A stretch of DNA of 47,702 bases, counting the filler, from Catajapyx aquilonaris (lineage: Eukaryota), in NCBI GenBank assembly GCA_000934665.2. It is 2 parts of 2 records of this genome, joined end to end, with 100 filler letters (N's around TTAATTAATTAA, not from the genome) between each part and the next. Parts side by side here need not be neighbours in the genome. Positions count along the whole stretch, not along the records: positions 1 to 23,802 come from JYFJ02005617.1; 1 more part is not named here. One strand, 5' to 3'. How positions within the stretch are numbered: the stretch's first letter is position 1; the number at the start of each line of letters is the position of its first letter. Position numbers and translations under genes: made by a program. The notes beneath the pieces are model-generated. The model was not told where the DNA came from. It did no database searches and was given only the letters and a program-made list of their open reading frames with translations. Positions 1 through 14,100 of this stretch are shown one piece after another.

Positions 1-3000
1 GCATATAATCCGTCTAATGATATATATTTTTATGTTGAGTTTTCCCATCTGTATGCAAGTGGTCCACCACATAACACATCATGGACTTATGGTAATTATT
101 TTCAATTGTTCCAGGTGGCGCTAGAAACATGGATTAATTAATTTATGTCTTGAAAATAATCGCAATGCAACGCCGTTTCGTGTATTGTAAATGAAATGCT
201 GCAGTGTCAAGTGCACTTTATCTTGTAATAAGTGGTTTGTAGCAATTTTATGTGTAAAAATTATGAAGCCTGTCTTGCCAGAACACTGGTGGAGTTGTAT
301 GTTATTCTGACATCTCAGTTGCCTCCCTTAATCACTCTTAAGGATGCTGAGGTACTCTGGAAGTCGGAATTTAATTTGGTTTTCCACCTGCATGTGATGC
401 CTGGTACATGCGTCAAAAGTCGCTAACTTTCTCCATCAGTTTCAGCACAGGTGTTCACCATCACTACTAATGGTTGGGCGCACTTATTGATCAAACCAAA
501 GCAAAGGATCAGAATGGGGTGTGCCACATTCTGGTCGATTTTTGCTGCTGAATGGACGGGAAAGAAAGTGCATATGCTGCCAGAATGTAACGTCAGTTAT
601 GGCCTTCCTGGTACTGTAGTGATAAAGTGGAAGGGAGGTTATATTAATACATTTACATATAGCTATGCAAGATTGGCAAATTAATTTGTCACGATGGCTT
701 TTTTTTAGACATTGAGAGGAAGTTTTCTAGGGAAAGGTGACAAATGTAAGTGACGTGGAAAAATAAACAAACCAGCCTAGGTGCAATGACACCTTATGCA
801 AACGAAGGTGCAATATTCCTTACAATAGTCTGTGCCGGATTATTCCACAGAGAATTTATGAAGGCACTGCCAATCTCTTACACTCATCAGTACACTCTCG
901 CTTCGGATTCATGAGTTTGGTAACAGATCTCCACATGTTAGCGCTTTAATTTTTCATGGTTTCCAGTGATAGCATTTTTTTCAACTGGTCAAAGCGCAAT
1001 TTATGGGTGCTTTATAGCCACCTTGTGTATAATGTAGTTACTCATAATAACCATATTTCAGCTTTTACTCACTGAATGCTGAGGTAAATCTGAAAAGAGA
1101 TTACGTCAAAAGTTGCAATTGATAGTTGCTGAAACTCAAAACTTGTTGCAGGACACCATTAAGACGCTGTGAACAAAGCAAAGTCATCCTCGACAGGACC
1201 TTTTCTCCTTCTTTTGCTTCCGACTAGGGCAGGCGTACCACAAATACATTTCCGTATATATACTGCGCAAGGCCAGTGCAGTGGTTTGAATGTGTCGAAT
1301 AACAGTGTGAATAGTTCTGGTTCAATGACTAGCGTGTCGCTATTCATCATGGATTTATGGGTAAGGAGACTGCACAGTGTCGCAGGAAAGAGAATAAAAA
1401 GTACTCCACAATTTGCAGAATTTCATCATGTCTCCGTGTGTCGTACTTGTATCTCACTACACTTACAAGCACTGATCGGCACTGATGTCGTTCTCTCTTC
1501 GGTCAGTCATAATCATGACAGAATATCATTGAACAATATCTGCTAATTTTATGATTGCAGAGAGCATATCCGTTTCAATATACAACATTTTGGCAGAGGA
1601 GAAATTGTACATGGATATTTATTTTTCCGAAAATATTTCACAAGGACAGTATAGTCTGAACTTGAATCGCACTGGTTCAATGAGTAGCGTGTCGTGATTT
1701 GTATCGCGTGCGTATTAGTCGTCCATTGAGCTTACATAGTGTCGCAAGAAGGAGAATAATAGAAAGTGAAAAATTATGTACCTTGCCAATTCCATCACCT
1801 TCGTATCTTATCGTGATTGGTCATAACGTCTGTCTTCATTTTGGGTCATCATTTAATACAATCATCGGCGCGTGTCCAGTCGAGAAGCTGGGTTGACCAT
1901 GTACTGCACTGTTGAATGGATGGTTGAAAGTGATGTAAAGGAAGGGTGGTTAATGATGTAATAGTAATGTCCTATAGCACTGGCCATGATATGTGTGACT
2001 CGACACATGCAATATGTGAAATTTTACCTAATTACTGTTATCATTCTTTAGTGTTTGGTGGCAAGTTTTCAGTGTGAGAAGCCTTAATACAATAACGTCT
2101 CTCTCCCCGTAAGTTCCCGCTGTTTATTCTGCCATTGTGTGATTGTAACGGCCTTTTATGCCATTGCATTTTGAGCCATTATGCAGCCAATAATTGGGTA
2201 TAATACAGTGTCTCTCTCTAATGCGCAAATGTATTCATCAGGTTGTCTAATAATAAAACTGTTAGAAGCGAAGTTCCGAAGTCGCCCCATGATGGTCAGT
2301 AGCCATTTTGAACTTGAATTACGTACCTCTATCTTCCCAGGGCCTCTTTTTTTCAGTTTATTCTACTGCTGTTAAATGACTTGTTGATAATGTGCCACGT
2401 GTCGAACTCGTGTCGTTCTGTCATATAGTTCTGTTAACTCCTCCGGCTTCGTCCGCCTCACTTTGCTCAAGTCTATAATGCGAGTGAGGACTGAATAAAT
2501 TTGTCTTTCTGGCTATCACTTGAGAGAGATGTGCTTCTTTTCGGTATAGGATAAATCGTCATAATTTTCTAATGACATATAACAGATTGGTTTGTAGAGA
2601 CACGAGAATGATTAATCGTGTTCTAGGTGCTGCTATACTGTTGCCTTGCCAGTAACTCTGACTGAAGTTTCCAAGAATGCAGTCGATTGGGAAGTATCAA
2701 GTTACTACCGGATCACCTTAGATGTCGAAATGTATCGCTTCTCTTCAATCATGACATGTGAGACCCGAATGATGATAAATGTTTTTTCATGAATGAAAGG
2801 AGAAGGTTTTCCTGTTCTTACCTTTTAGATTGCTTTCTGGTGCCTTCTTAACACCTTCTCATTTGTCCTTGGCATTTACGATTCAATCCACTACATGGCT
2901 TACACGTATTGGAAGAGGTCGTCATTACAACATGCTATAGGCATGTCTGAAGATTATCTTCAATTATTGTTACTTGGAGACTTCTAGTGGCAACTTCTAG

Positions 3001-5093
3001 TTGATCTAAGGGAGATGAGAATTACGAAGCAATGCTCGAGGCCAGGTGACCGATCATTGGAGCAGCAAAAGCATTGTTGCCGTTATGGAGGGGGGGATAC
3101 CCTATACATGTAGACCCATCACTCCCTATCTATGCATTATTATGTAGTCTTCAAAGAAGGAACCGATGTCGTGACATGACCTCGCGAAGGAAGGACTACT
3201 CGTTAGATAAGTTCTTGTCACAGCGTTGCAAATGGTTTTTCTTGGGTAGTATAATATCCAGTCAAATTATGACACTATTATATGACTCAGAGTAGCATTT
3301 TAGTAATTAGTAGGAAGGTCTGTTTCTGTCATATCAATACTTCCAAACATGTGGTTCTTACAAGTATAGTCGTAGTCTGGTCGTAGCCTAATGTCATGAG
3401 CTGGAGAAGCTAGGGAAAAGATGATTGATTTGAGTTATCGCTTCCTGAGTGTATCCCTTTATATCACTCACTCATTGTCAGATGAGCGTGGCCATCTGTA
3501 GACTATTGCCTTGTTTTATTTCTCTTGTGGCGTCGCCACTCGTCGTCTCACAGCTGGGTTCGCTCATAAGTAGGAAAAGACATTAACAATCAATATATTT
3601 TAATAACATGGATATGCCGTATACCGAATCAAATGTTAGTGTATCACCCAGTCCGTGGGACTCTCCTAGTTTGCCAAGCGCTACATGCTTTAGGCTTTTC
3701 GTTCGCATCCTTTTGACAGTTGTAATATACTTCTCACCCTTTGCCTTAGCCCAGAATGGTCATTGGTCAGGCATACATAGCTGCGTGTACAACTGTTCAT
3801 GAAGGTTTTTTCTTATCCATTTGCAAAACCTACTTTGGAAAATGAAAGGCGCAATATAGGTCATGATGATCTGTTGTATTGCATCATGAATTTTTCCCCA
3901 TGTCCCTGGCATGCTGGATCGCCCACCTACTATATACGTACGTACCTTACGTGGTGTGATTTCCATGATTGTGGTCATATGGAAAACACAAGGAATGTCT
4001 GAAGATTGTCTTCATATTGTTGTCCCTTGGAGAATGGCAACTTCTAGTGGTAATATTTCAGTTCAATTTTACATGAAAGACATTGCCTTGTCCCAACATA
4101 CTTCATAGTATCAATATTCGTTCTTCAAACCTGTTATGGCAGTAGGCGGATTGATATTGTCACTTTTGCCTTGGGGGCAGTTTCTTCGAATGCAGTCCAT
4201 TAGGAAATATCAAATCTGGATCCTGAATCAGGTTATACGTCGCAACGTGTTAAATAATTATTATTCATCATTTTCTTCCACCGCGACAAACCAGATCCAA
4301 CTCTACATTGCACTGGTTCCAAATATACACACGTTCCTTTCATATTATAATTAAATGTGTTGTTATGATACTGCAGGAACAGAGTCGTTGTAGAAGCGGT
4401 CACAACCATGGACGGACTCTTGCTTTATTTTATCCAGTTTTATGAATATACGAAGGATTAATAATATCCGGAACAGTAAGAGGTAAGGCTCTCAGGAATA
4501 GCCTAAATTAAGGCATACCTTGCATTTGTAATATTAATTGTGCAACTTTACTTATTAACGGGCGATCGGTAATTGCAAAAAGTTTATGTTTATAACATGG
4601 ATTAAAGGTCATACAGAATTACTACATAAGATTGCCAAGCGTTTACTAATAGGCTATATATTGTATACAGTATGATACAAATAAAAGCACACCCTTGTGG
4701 TAATAATAATTATTCCTGCAATGAAATAATGATTTGGGCTCTTTCATATATTGCCATGTAGTTATATCGACAGCATCGAATAAGTTCTGGCTTACATAAA
4801 TAGATACATTGCATAATATGTATTCCCACAATTTTTCTCAAAACCACAATTCATTAAATAGCTAGTCAGTGTGATGCTTGTAGTGTCTGTAGCTTCTCAG
4901 GAAGCATCAGTCATTATTGTCTGTAAGTATTGAGTTCCAGACAGTGGACAGAAATGTTTTGCCGAGATTCCATGTAGCAAAACTTCTAAACATAGTAATA
5001 CAGCGTGACAAGGCACAGTATGTGTTGTAAAATGGTTGAGCCAAAGGGTTGAGCGAAAGAAAGTATTCATTTGATTGGATTTGTTTATAGGCC

Positions 5094-6629
5094 ATGCCTC
5101 GACCAAGAAGTCGCGTATTTCCTCGCCTTGAACACATCACCCTCACGTTTGTCGTCCACCTAATTCTCAAGTGCTGCCGAAAAAACTCCAAAGGACAGTC
5201 CAGGAAAATCCAGGCTCTGTCCAAGTCCGTCCCTGTGTGTCTGGCCAACGAATACATGACTGAAATCATCTCTGTAACACTGTCACGTGCCGATTGCTTC
5301 AAACTGAGCCTCCGCAACGCCCTGTGTCCATGGTGCACCAGTCTACACCTCCACTCGTCCAGATCGGACCTGAGCGTCGCGTCCAGCCTGGACAGACTGA
5401 AGCATCTCACTAACCTGACCGTGACTCCTTCCAACGACGGATTCAATCCCAACGGATACGACATGGTTCGTAAGGTGGCCAGACACCTGCCTCGACTTCA
5501 CAAGCTGAGGTCGCTTCGGTTGGATTGCACAGTCACTGATGACCTCCGCCTCTTCGGAAAGGTGTTGAGAGACTGCCCGTGTTTGGAGGAGCTGTCATTC
5601 CAATGGGGGTTGTCGCTGAATCAGCCTGTGACACTCGGGAGCTGCCAGCAGATCAAACGAGTGTCGATCAAATACACGGGAATGTCCGTAGGAGACGTGC
5701 TGTACATCCTGCTCACCGTGCCACAGCTACACACATTGACTATCCAAGGAGCGCTGCTAAATCCAGTTCTCAAAACATGCCAAGGACCGTACCGCATTCG
5801 AAGGCTGATGATCCAAGACTGTGATGTTGCAGTAAGCGATCTTGATTCTCTCACCTATCACTTTCCGTGTCTAGAGCATGTGAGAATAAGTGGATGTGGC
5901 GACCTGTCGGCAATCAACAGCCTGCATCTGAAGGAACTGGCATTGTCAGAATGCACGCCGTGTCAATTGTCGGTACTGGATCCCAATCTCTTCTCTCGCC
6001 TTGTGAGCCTCAGGTTGACTGAGATATCGGATCTACAGGCGCTGCTTAAGTCAGTCAGTGTCTCACTGGGAAGCACGCACAATCTGGCGCTGACTTTATG
6101 CAACCAGGTCGACCTCGTGAGTGTTAACAGACTATTTCCAGGTCTTAGAGAACTTACGCTGCGATACTGCCATGTGGCAGCTGTACCTGATCAGTCTGAC
6201 TTCAACTCGTTCAAGCACCTAGAGAAACTGATAGTCACAGAGGAAGAGGACACTGTGGAAAAACAGACCCTCTCATACCTGGTGTCGCACTCATCCTGCC
6301 TGGAACATCTGGAAATAACCCAACAATCCAAGCTGGACGACTCCACTGTCCAGTACATGCTCCAGCGCAATCCGATGTCACACATGAAGCACTTGAGTCT
6401 GACCAGCGACGCTCTGACTCCAAGTGTCGTATCGGTGGTGTTTGACTACTTCGGGGAGAACCTGGTGTCCGCGGAATTTGGAGGTCAGCTGATGGAAGAC
6501 TTGCCACCAGAAGTGTTTTCTGAGATCCAGAACAAGATCAAGCCGTACTGGTTCAACATTAGGATAGGAGCGAAAGTGAATGGCATCCTCATTCCTGGAA
6601 GTACGATGTATCTGGCCGTATTTCTGTAG
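5094..6629 (+). CDS. Leucine-rich-repeat (RNI-like/F-box-LRR-like) protein, 511 aa, single coding exon
   Basis: Long uninterrupted, GC-richer ORF with repeated LxxLxxLxL motifs (LPRLHKLRSLRL, CPCLEELSF, VPQLHTLTI, FPGLRELTL, FKHLEKLIV). Splice acceptor TTGTTTATAG|GCCATG lies just upstream; AATAAA at 6704-6709. Confidence 0.85.
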   Translation: MPRPRSRVFPRLEHITLTFVVHLILKCCRKNSKGQSRKIQALSKSVPVCLANEYMTEIISVTLSRADCFKLSLRNALCPWCTSLHLHSSRSDLSVASSLDRLKHLTNLTVTPSNDGFNPNGYDMVRKVARHLPRLHKLRSLRLDCTVTDDLRLFGKVLRDCPCLEELSFQWGLSLNQPVTLGSCQQIKRVSIKYTGMSVGDVLYILLTVPQLHTLTIQGALLNPVLKTCQGPYRIRRLMIQDCDVAVSDLDSLTYHFPCLEHVRISGCGDLSAINSLHLKELALSECTPCQLSVLDPNLFSRLVSLRLTEISDLQALLKSVSVSLGSTHNLALTLCNQVDLVSVNRLFPGLRELTLRYCHVAAVPDQSDFNSFKHLEKLIVTEEEDTVEKQTLSYLVSHSSCLEHLEITQQSKLDDSTVQYMLQRNPMSHMKHLSLTSDALTPSVVSVVFDYFGENLVSAEFGGQLMEDLPPEVFSEIQNKIKPYWFNIRIGAKVNGILIPGSTMYLAVFL

Positions 6630-9600
6630 CCAACCTGGGAAGAGCGGATAACTGTGTGTCTTGTAACTAAATTACATGCCGGATTGGTTTTTTTTAAAGC
6701 GGAAATAAACTTTGGCGATAACAGTACGTATTTCCCTCTACCTCTTCAGTCAAAGTCTTATTATATCTTCTCGTCGGCGTTGTCCGCTCTTTGAACAGAG
6801 TTTTCAGGTAACCTCACAAACACATTTTGACCATATTTACTTTCAGTGAGTTGCTCTTATCGGAAATATTGTCTTCGTGACGTTGATAACACTGTGCTTC
6901 GAGAGATGGATGCTGGTCATGGTTTTATGCGAGAAATGAAGTGAAATGTCGTGTGGAGAAAGTAATATTTCCATCCTCCACTTTAAGAATAGGCGAGCTC
7001 CAATCTTGCGCTGGTTTTATTGCTGGATTGTAATCGTTTTCTAGTCCTTGTCTGCAATTAATCTCTTCCTTGACTGTCAACGCTCCTCAAGAATTGATAG
7101 AATGATGTGGTCGTAGGGAGAAGGTTTCGTGCCACTCCTACTTCTGTTCTTATTTTTGAAAGTTGTTCTACTGCTAATGTGAAGGAAAGAGAAATACTGA
7201 ACGTGTGCTTGGCGCGCATATTATATTCTATACATTCTCCTATTGCTTGGTACGCCATTTCACTTCTGCTACTGAATAGCTTGATGTGAAGGGTGTTCAA
7301 TGTGATACATATCCATCTTTCTTCTTTCGGCCGTGCTCCGACTGTATTAGGGACAAAGGAATGCAGCTTGAGGCATTTTCTCCCACAGGAGCGACCCAGA
7401 GTCATCATGTGCATTTATTCATGGTTATCCTTGAGAGTAGTCTGGAACTGAATTATAAGTTATACCGTTTTACAAGTTTTTAGGCAGCATTTTCTCCTGA
7501 AAGTCTTATCATTTGATGATAACAAGCCATTCAAACCAACTGCTTTCATTGCACGCTATTAGTGGGCGGACTGGAGAGTGGGCGTATTTTGTTAGAAGTG
7601 GCATTTAGTGTCATTGATGATTCCTGTCACAGTAGCCTACACTCATTCTTCTGTCGAATTTGAAGGGACGTCACACAACAACGTCCTAACTTATAGAACG
7701 TCAGCAACACAGTGTGCAATTGTGTCTTTTTTGTCCGACGTCGGAGAGAGTGTTACCTTCTAGCCCTCACCTTCTGTAGTCATGGTCTTGTTATGTTTTG
7801 TCATCAGGGTCTTCGCTTTCCGGATCATGAAAACGTTTGACCACTTTTCCCGTCATTGGCAGAAATGATATTGTCAAGATTCTACTGTGTTTCAAGAGAT
7901 GGTGGCTGAAGAAGAGAACTCTATTCTCATTTCTTTTTTCCTTATGTTTCTATGTACGTATGTCCCATGATTGTACAGTACCTTCTATAGATTTAGTGGT
8001 AAGCGCCTGACCTTTTGCCACATCCCAACCGCTGTTTGTATGGCATTGCTTACAATGGATAAGTGCGGCCTCAAGTTTCTCCTTGTAGAATTTGAGCTTC
8101 TTTGACATGTAGGGATGTTTATCATGTTGACTCATCAATATAGTGAGCTAACATCATGTATCATTAAAGTGTAAACAAAACACTTGTTGCATGTTGTGCT
8201 CTTTGTGATTGAGGAGTGCTACTCTTTGATCGATTAAGAAAGTGTCGCACTTTGTTTTCCTGTGTTGCGACAACAAATGTTATTACTCTTATTAGGATTG
8301 TTTCGAGTTGTTGGTCCTTACCACTGACCTCCTGGCAGAGCGGAGACAAATGTGAACTTAGGTATACTTCCGGTGTAACTGACGTCTGGGATCATGAAAT
8401 ATTCGAACAAAAATTGGTGATCTAATGATTCAAGCCATCCTGGACATAATGCCAATCACCGCAAGTCATGAACTCATTCCGAATGCTATGTACGAGAGCT
8501 CAGGTGAGGAAGGTTTCGTTTTGATGCGGTATTATTTTCAGCTATCGTATCGGTTGCGTAGGTGCCACATATTGCAACAGCTTCATTTTTTAAACTTTTG
8601 ACCGGCTTTTTTACAATCCGGCCTACTGTGATGTCGGTTGCGTAGGTGCCACAACCAGTTTGAGTTTTCTTCTTATTACAGGAAGGCAGGGATTCCGTGT
8701 TCGATCATGGAACTACGTCTACAGCAACGGCATCTTCCGCTGAATGGTGGGTGAATCTATGGCCAAACGATTTAGCAATATTTATATGAAAAAAAGTGAG
8801 TATTCTCTACGTCATAATTATTGCAATGTCCTTTGGAATTTGGGAGTCCAAATAGCCATAATAAGTTTTCCCCCTTTTATATGACAATTAGTGGGATGAT
8901 TCTGCACCTCGTCAGACATTTATTGTGAGGCAATCAGCAAAATACTTGCCACTATAATTATGATAACAGCATCTATCGCACAGTAAGTTGTGTAATTCTC
9001 CTTGCGTACAAAAATGTTGATTTCAGTGAAGATATTCCTTCAGATGTTCGTATATTGTTTGGTTTTGAGAGAGAATGGTCTAATGAAAGTTTTAATGATT
9101 TGATTAATACTTGCCACTCAATACGTATGTATTCATCATTTAATAATTTAATGGGCGGGCTGGATAGTGGGCATGGGTAGAAATGTGCAATAATTTTTTT
9201 GGATTTTGAAGTCATAAGAAGAAGCACAATATTTCCAGTAATATTTATTAATAATGGGAATTCACGTGCCGGCTGTTTGTGATAAAATGTATCACATAAG
9301 TCAAAATTATTGTTGAAAATAATAATATTGTTGTGTAATATTGTGCGTTCAGTTGTCCATTCGTTACTTGACATCTTTGATTCGTCTTTGGGAAGTTGTG
9401 TTTAATTCATGAGTGTCGGTTGCGTATAGTCAACGTACAAAAGGTCGTCATGTACCATTTATTGTGAAGCAAACAGAAAAATAAATGTCGCTATATATTG
9501 ATAAAAGCTTGTCTGATTTTTTATGCCTGCACAAAAAATGTTGGTTCCAGACTTCTAGTGAGTATATTCCTCCAGCTCTCCGTAGTTTTTTCAGGTTTAT

Positions 9601-10649
9601 ATGCAAAATAGTCTTATGAACGAGTATGATATACTTGACGAATAGTTCAAATGTCTAAATCACTGCAATGGGCAGTATTAAGAAGAAAAAAATTGCGAAC
9701 CTAATTGAAACACGCCTTCTCTTCTCAACAAGTGAAGAATTTGGGAGATGGACGAAATAATCATCATCAGATTTTAAATCATCACTATGAAATATAATCA
9801 CTTGAAATGAAGCTCCGTCCCCATCCTTGATGTACTCAGCAGGTACTCCTATTTCATTTCAACTATTTCTATTACTATAATTATTATATACATATTAATA
9901 ATAATATACTCCACCATGCACTCGAATTTTTAAATTGATGATGTAAGTGCCACTAGCTGTACTTTCCGTTCTTGTTCCACAATTTGTAGTCGATAGTAGT
10001 ATAGACAGAGACGGACCATTCAGCGTGAGAATCACTTTTATGTGGATGTGGAGTTAACAGTTTCATCAAGAGGCATCAATTCAGCGTGGAGAAAGCAGAG
10101 TCAGTTAGAGTGACGTAAATTATTGTCATTTCTATTATCGTCATTGAGAACAAGCGAGGTTCAATCTGGAGCTGGGTGTCTTCGTTTTGGTGGAAATTGA
10201 TATAACGGGAGCAGGTCACAAAAAGAAGAAAGTGGGTTCGGATCCAAGACAGCTTTAATTAACCAAAAATAAGGTGTTGGAAAAAAGGATGGCAGAGTAT
10301 AGGGAAAGGTATGGCCAGTGGCCAACCCGGCAAGGGGAGACCAACAGGCCTCGAGGGAACAGAGGTGTGTGGTTAAATAGTGAAGGTGCAAGGCATGATG
10401 TGAAGGTCGGAATCGCAATGCAGGATGGGAATTTGTACAGAGTATGAATGGAAACAAATCAATAAATCAATGGGGTTGAGAAAGTGTACGGAACTGACAT
10501 GTAAACAATACGGTCACATTGGTAACCGGTTACCGGTCGCTCTATATTTTGAATGTTGGACTATGGCCAGAATTGCTTCTTGTAGGTCACCACTGGCTGC
10601 TAGTGGCACCCTCTGCAAAACATTTTCGTAGTAGTTTGATCATCATTTA

Positions 10650-11171
10650 TTTATTTATTTATTTTAACTACCCCGTATCAGGGCCAGAGGCCCTCTTGGG
10701 GGGACACAACTCCAAGTGAAACATTACAGTGAACTTGTCATACAACCTTCATGTTCTGGACTCAATTTTCTTAACGACACATACCAAGAAATTATGAACA
10801 TTGAACACCTGCGACTTTGTTAGGTAATCAAACATAAGGTGAAATTTGTGTGGAGGGAAGGATTGAATCTCAAACAGATATTGCTCTCTAGGAGTATTAA
10901 AAGACGGGCAGTTAAAAAAAAATATGGTGGGGTGAGAAAAATTCTTTGCAATCACACCAAGAACAGTAGTTTTCGAAGTCAAACTGAAGTTTGCGCCCCG
11001 CTAAGTACAAATTTGTCGACCGATGTCTTAAGTTTGACATCATTCGAGTACAACTAATAGGCGTCAGATAAGCTAGATAGTATGCCGGAGCAACAGAAGG
11101 CCGAATCTCTCGGTAATGGGTGTATCTCTAGGAAACTTCTAGCGCTCGGGTACTCTCGTCTAACAGCTTAC
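10650..11171 (-). mobile_element. 5'-truncated non-LTR retrotransposon (LINE) 3' end with ORF2 C-terminal Cys/His zinc knuckle
   Basis: Flanked by an 18-bp direct repeat TAGTTTGATCATCATTTA (10632-10649 and 11172-11189), with a (TAAA)n tail. The minus strand reads ...DFENYCSWCDCKEFFSPHHIFF[frameshift in T run]NCPSFNTPREQYL... Confidence 0.75.
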
Positions 11172-14100
11172 TAGTTTGATCATCATTTACAGCAGTATCA
11201 AGCATTATGGATTGACAAGTATTTTGTCGCAAATAGTCTACTATCAGCTGTACTTATGTCAAGTCCAACAGTCACTGTTGGTGATCAATACAAGTGAGAC
11301 AAGAACACTGGTCCCTTTACTGATGCCAAAATTATGTGGTGACAATGGCATAGTTCAAGTACCAATGAAGCGAATTAAGCGTATACTATTGAAATGCCCA
11401 ATAAAACACGAAATATTGGTTATAACTATAAGGTTGATTATTATTTGGCCCACAACCAAGGCAGCCCATCCTGCATAATTTACCTAAAATATTGTGCGAC
11501 GTATTGTGCGTAAGGTGCGTAATTTTCCATGCTAAGCAATAACGTTGATGATGATGAGAATGAGGATATCGCGCTATCTGCACAAAATAATGTCGACTTG
11601 TGCAGTGTTCCTGCGATGTAAGCGCCTATCTTTACAATCGTTAATAATTTTTCCCTTGGCATGCACGCTGATGCTAAGTATTACATGTGCGCATAATTGA
11701 ATTCTCGTTGGCACGTCCAATCAGTGGTGTCATATTTATCCCATCAATTAAGGGATACTTTAAAGTGTATCTTTACGCCGTTTGGTGTATTAATGAACAG
11801 CTTCCCTCGTCTTTATCCTACTCCCATTCCCTTTGTACTTTTGACTGATTAAAAATGCGTAATGGTGATCTGCAAATTAACTGAATTATGATTTATACAA
11901 TACTTTACTTTGGAATTACAATATCTTTTGGAGTTAGCGGGACAATGATGATCCAAGAGAGATGCGAGTCTTTCCTCTCTTCTCTCCTCTCCTGGTTTCT
12001 AACTCCTGTCTGGTGCAACCGAATGTTGTCTCATCGTGGACCTGGATGATGACTGCTGATAGGTGCTGTGAACGTGGTAATATCGTTCCGCTGCAAAGAT
12101 GTCGTAACTTCATTAGGTTTACGGAATATATCGGAAAGGTAAGCACATCGCATGAGCCACTTGTCGTTGCTTAAAAATTCGGCGTGTTTCCTATATGCCT
12201 GATGCAGAGGAGCAATTACTTTTCCCTCAAAACCTCAAGGAGACAATAAGGGAACTGAAGCATTACGTAACTGGCGACCCACGTAATACAGTCACAAATT
12301 GCCATGTCAAGATATTTTGCAAAGACTCGTGAAGATACGGGAAAATGCCATCAATCTCTTCTAATGTACACAGATATAATATGCCTTACCTCGCCTATAG
12401 AGACTGAGTTCTTCCCCCTCTTGGTAACGGTGTTAAAATCTTGATCACCTGCTGAAGATAAAATGCGTGTAACATTATACCAAGTATTGGGATGTAAACG
12501 GTAAAAATACCGATCTACTGGATAACATTCACATCTTGCTCTATATTCAGTGTAACGTCACCCCAGGACCCTCCCTTTGTGATTGGCGTATTATGAGATT
12601 TTGCTGAAGATGCTCATACTGATTTGAATCCACAATGTTTCAATGGACAGTTGTTGGTCGCCTTTATTAGTCGTGCTATTGCATTGACGCGTACAAATGC
12701 CACGAGATTAACACTCTGGCCCGATACACTTGACTGTACAGTATAGTCTAACGCCTAAGTGGGTGTAGTGTACAAAATTTCCAATCGTCCCCATCAGCTT
12801 CCGTTGTCTCTGTTCTTGTAAACATTTTACACAGATTATATTTAGGCAATTCTTACACCGTAAAACAAGCTTACATTGCGCGATGTAGTCGTTCTTCTGG
12901 TGACAGTTGACAGGGTAATGTTGGGCGATTGTTTACTTTGGTTTATACTCTAGTCTATAATTAGTACTACTACTGTGATTTTTCGGGTCTGTTGTTTGTT
13001 CCATCCCTTCACGTATGTAATACAGGATCACATGCCAATCTGTGCTGGACTTCATGTCCTCGATGTTGTGTAAAATTATTACTGCTCCCATGACCTGGAA
13101 ACCAGGAAAAATAAATAAAAAGTTTGGTGTAATACTGACAGTGAAATGAACTGTACGCCACCTGATGCTGAAAATAGAAGATAATGCGGTTTTTAATGAA
13201 ATACTACATTTATTGCTCTATTCCAGATCAAATCAAGGCTAATAGCATCATTACTACACGCCCATGTGATCGTCCCTGGCATGTTACCAGATTCATGATT
13301 AGAATGTTGTGGTAAATCATACATAATAAAGGAGCCACACAATTAGTACGGTGTCAGGTTATGGACCATTTAACCAGCCAAATAGTAATCCAGTATTGAA
13401 TGTTGTATAATTGAGTTGCGTATAGCGGTCTGCTTTATAGACCAAGTATCTTATTGTGAGCAACGCACACATTTGCGTCGGTCTGGGTAGGTTGAAATTG
13501 TGTGTGATTAACAATAAGTGATGAGCACGCCTGTCGCCAGACCGAGTCTAACCAGAGGGAAGATGGGAGAGTGTGTGACGGATGGAAGGTCGACCCACTT
13601 TTCTCTCGTGTTAAGGCATGCAAAATCCAGTAAACAATTCGATATATTATATTGTGCTCTCTTTACAAAGAATTTTATACACCCTGAGTGCAACTCAGCA
13701 ATGGTTGTCTTATTTGCCACGGAGATACTCGGCTGCCTTTTCTATCATCTGGGGTAGTTCGTCCACCAGTATTGGCTGCTATTGGCTATTGTATAGTGGA
13801 CTTTGTCGTGATAGTTCTCCAAAGTGACTAGGTATAATGTGTTACACTTAAGGATACCATATGAAAGTGAAACACATGCAATTAATTATTTTAATGGGAT
13901 GCAATGGACGATTCCGATACGTTTGGGTGTCAGTCCCATGATTTCCACATTAAGTGCTCTAAACTCTTCATTCCATTGTAGGAGTGTGATTTCCATGGAG
14001 ATGCACACATTTCTCAGAAGTGTAGGGGTCGGACGTGTTTCTTTGTGGGTGGAGCAATAGTTTTGGGGAAACTGCTCCGTAATATCTTTGAAGATGCCTC

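Noticed and set aside
4907..6507. Antisense and alternate-frame ORFs over the LRR gene (also 16347-17024, 21240-21594, 22077-22643, 36090-36728, 42866-43698)
   Set aside because: Shadow ORFs of real coding sequence with no independent motifs.
7058..9374. Minus-strand ORFs of 60-133 aa
   Set aside because: No recognisable motif and no consistent splice structure could be built.
11934..12330. Possible exons (AAG|GTAAGC at ~12138; CAG|AGGAGC at ~12207)
   Set aside because: Splice-like sites exist, but I could not assemble a stop-free, phase-consistent model.
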